Shown: positions 61,815-64,000 of the stretch, in pieces
Numbering within the stretch: position 1 is the stretch's first letter
How the letters are laid out: every line of letters starts with the position of its first letter
Made by a program: the position numbers and the translations under genes
NCBI GenBank assembly: GCA_053919585.1
Contig: CM132803.1
DNA: 64,000 nt
Source: Euprymna scolopes
Taxonomy: Eukaryota
Strand: one strand, 5' to 3'
The notes under the pieces: model-generated
Seen by the model: only the letters and a program-made list of their open reading frames with translations
Database searches by the model: none
What the model was told of the DNA's origin: nothing

Positions 61815-64000
61815 AATCTGTTTCAACTAAAATATTTCAATATGATCATCTTTTTTATGTTGGCACTTTTAATGCAATATTCCTTGCTTGTATTTGATCT
61901 AAGAAAATTACTTAAAATCTGGTGCAAGTGGTTTTTAATGATTGATATTTTTGTATGTTAACTAATTTTTGTATCATAGAATTTTTATTATTTTTTATAC
62001 TTTTATTAAATTACTTTCATAAAAAAGCTTTTGAAATACTTAAGCATTTTAATATCCTCTGTAAACTTCACATATCTTTTCTTGTATGCTTGATTTTATT
62101 ATAACTTTATTTGAACAGAAAGCATTTTTGTTTTGTGAGAATGCTTATTTCCTTCCATATTTAGTGTTAAAATAAACATAAAATGTTAAAATTGATATAA
62201 AATGAATGCGTGAATCAATGTCTTATATACTGAATTTTCTTTATGAATTAAATTTCAACTTATGATTGAAAAGCCCCCAATAAAAAATAAATTTAAAAAC
62301 CAAATAAAAGTGTTTACATTATGTTTAAGACAATCAAACTATTTAGTTGTTTTTTTACTTGTATAATGTTTATTTTCAAAAATATTTTTTTACTTTTCTT
62401 ATAAAGATACAGAACACATAAAAATACAGTTTCTGATTTGTCTCATATCAAAAAAAAAAAAGTTATTTTGTGTATTTATAATGTTTTTTTATTTTGTCTG
62501 TAACATTATTATTTCCTGAAAAATTATATTGATATTTTAATTTCATGTTTGATTTATTATTCAATAAAATAAAATCAATTATTTTTTATCATTTAACAAT
62601 TGTGTCTATTTTTATAGATTATATCTATAACATAGAAAATATTCCAGTATGATTTTGGAAATCCTAAAAGAGAAACATCATGTCTCAGTTTTGATTTCGA
62701 TTTTAATAGTAAAATTGGCATGTAAAACATTTTTTCTTTTGTTTTTTTTCTTAATTTATAATTGAGCTGCTTTTTATTTTTGACATTTGTTTGATAACAT
62801 CAAATATTTGTGCATTTGGAAAGTCATAAATCTAATTCACAATGTATTTTCGTTTAGTGATTACATTAAGTTTATGTGTGTTGTATCTGGATATTTTTAA
62901 GAAAAATATTCATATAATGAAAATAATAGTAAGGAAATTACGAGATTGTCTGAGAACAACCATAACATAATAATCAGCTCATGGACAGATTTAATTGTTA
63001 ATGCATTTCTTCATAGTACAACACTTGATATACATCTTTTAATTATTTACACATGTATTACAATCTTACTTGAATGTTTTAAAACGAAAACAGATATTTG
63101 TTATGCACACAGTAACAATTATTGAAATTGTAACTATCAAATTTTAACAAAGAGGTTTCTTTTAGACTGGGATAAGAGTGTGATGTTTTGTCCTTTGTTA
63201 GAGAAGGAGAAATTCTTTCTAACTAGAGCAATTTTTATTTTAATCTGAATCCATTTTGATAAGCTAAATATTCTTCACATTAAAAACTGACCCTCTATCT
63301 AACTTTGCCCTATTGGAAGTGAATCGACACAGACAGGGTCTGTGATGGATACTTAACTAATTAAAAAAAGTAAGAATGCAAAACAAATCGCATGGAATGT
63401 ATACAATTTTTAATGATAACTAAATCGTCAAATATAAATGATTATAAAAGAAAATAAAAATCAATCAAATTTAAAATTATGTAAACTTATTTTAATACTT
63501 TATAAAATCACATTCTTAATACCTGTCTCTTGAATTCGGAGATTAAGCTTTTTTTTCATAATCAAAATAAAACATCACATTTATTATTCACTTTGGAGTT
63601 TTTAAACTATAAAGAAAAAAACAAAAAAATATTCAATAAAAGACATTTTATTGAAAATCATTAAATGTTTTTATATAGGATGAAGATTATTTTTTACTTT
63701 CATGATTTTCAATAATTCATGAACACAAATTGGGTGACAAGATTCAGACAATATGCTTATTTGATTATGAAAAGAAAATTTAAAAGGAAATATATAATTA
63801 ACAAATCGATTGAAATAAAATGAGAAAATCTAATAGTAACAAGAAATTCTGCTTAAATATCAGACCTTTTTCAACAGCTCATTCCTAATTACATATTAAA
63901 TTTGTAGAAAAAATATGTTGTGTTATTATTTATGAAAGCAAATAAATAGATGAACTTATTCTTATTTTTCACATGCTTTGCAAATCTTAGATTTATTGTT

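Noticed and set aside
62610-62700. TTTTATAG acceptor followed by AATATTCCAGTA as a possible gene 7 exon 3
   Set aside because: Only a ~12-nt match to exon 3, no MY.QD.ALPS, and stops nearby. The real exon 3 may lie beyond the window, since intron 2 reaches 7.3 kb in gene 5.
1-64000. Vertebrate-style shared constant exons, or orthology to PCDHA/B/G
   Set aside because: Each complete gene has its own tail exons and the tails do not resemble vertebrate constant domains. Only the family-level name is supported.

Overview
AT-rich eukaryotic (animal) genomic DNA containing a head-to-tail, all-plus-strand tandem array of seven protocadherin genes: gene 1 is 5'-truncated by the window edge, genes 2-6 are complete, and gene 7 is frameshifted with its tail exons not seen in the window. 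Each gene has a putative short non-coding exon 1, one large exon 2 (signal peptide, 6 cadherin repeats, TM, proximal tail) and two private tail exons (intron phases 0 and 1). There are no shared constant exons. This layout most resembles the clustered protocadherins of coleoid cephalopods, but the taxon is an inference. Main observations: (1) a 956-bp EC5-EC6-TM-juxtamembrane block is nearly identical in all paralogs, and duplication appears to break inside it, so the duplicated unit is tail(n)+head(n+1); (2) EC1-EC4 are mosaics of shared tracts; (3) a repeated promoter grammar, TGCATYYTGGGA (ZNF143/Staf-like) followed by GYAGCCATT (YY1-like); (4) a degenerate Ca2+-binding junction at EC3/EC4; (5) a C-terminal RPLPPVP SH3-ligand motif; (6) intronic hammerhead ribozymes, including two intact-looking copies in a 600-bp palindrome beside a Penelope-like element and a retrozyme-like tandem. 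Introns also carry Tc1/mariner, LINE, SINE and Helitron-like remnants. There are three N-gaps (5484-5619, 41632-41882, 53244-53604). All calls are from manual reading; no searches were run.
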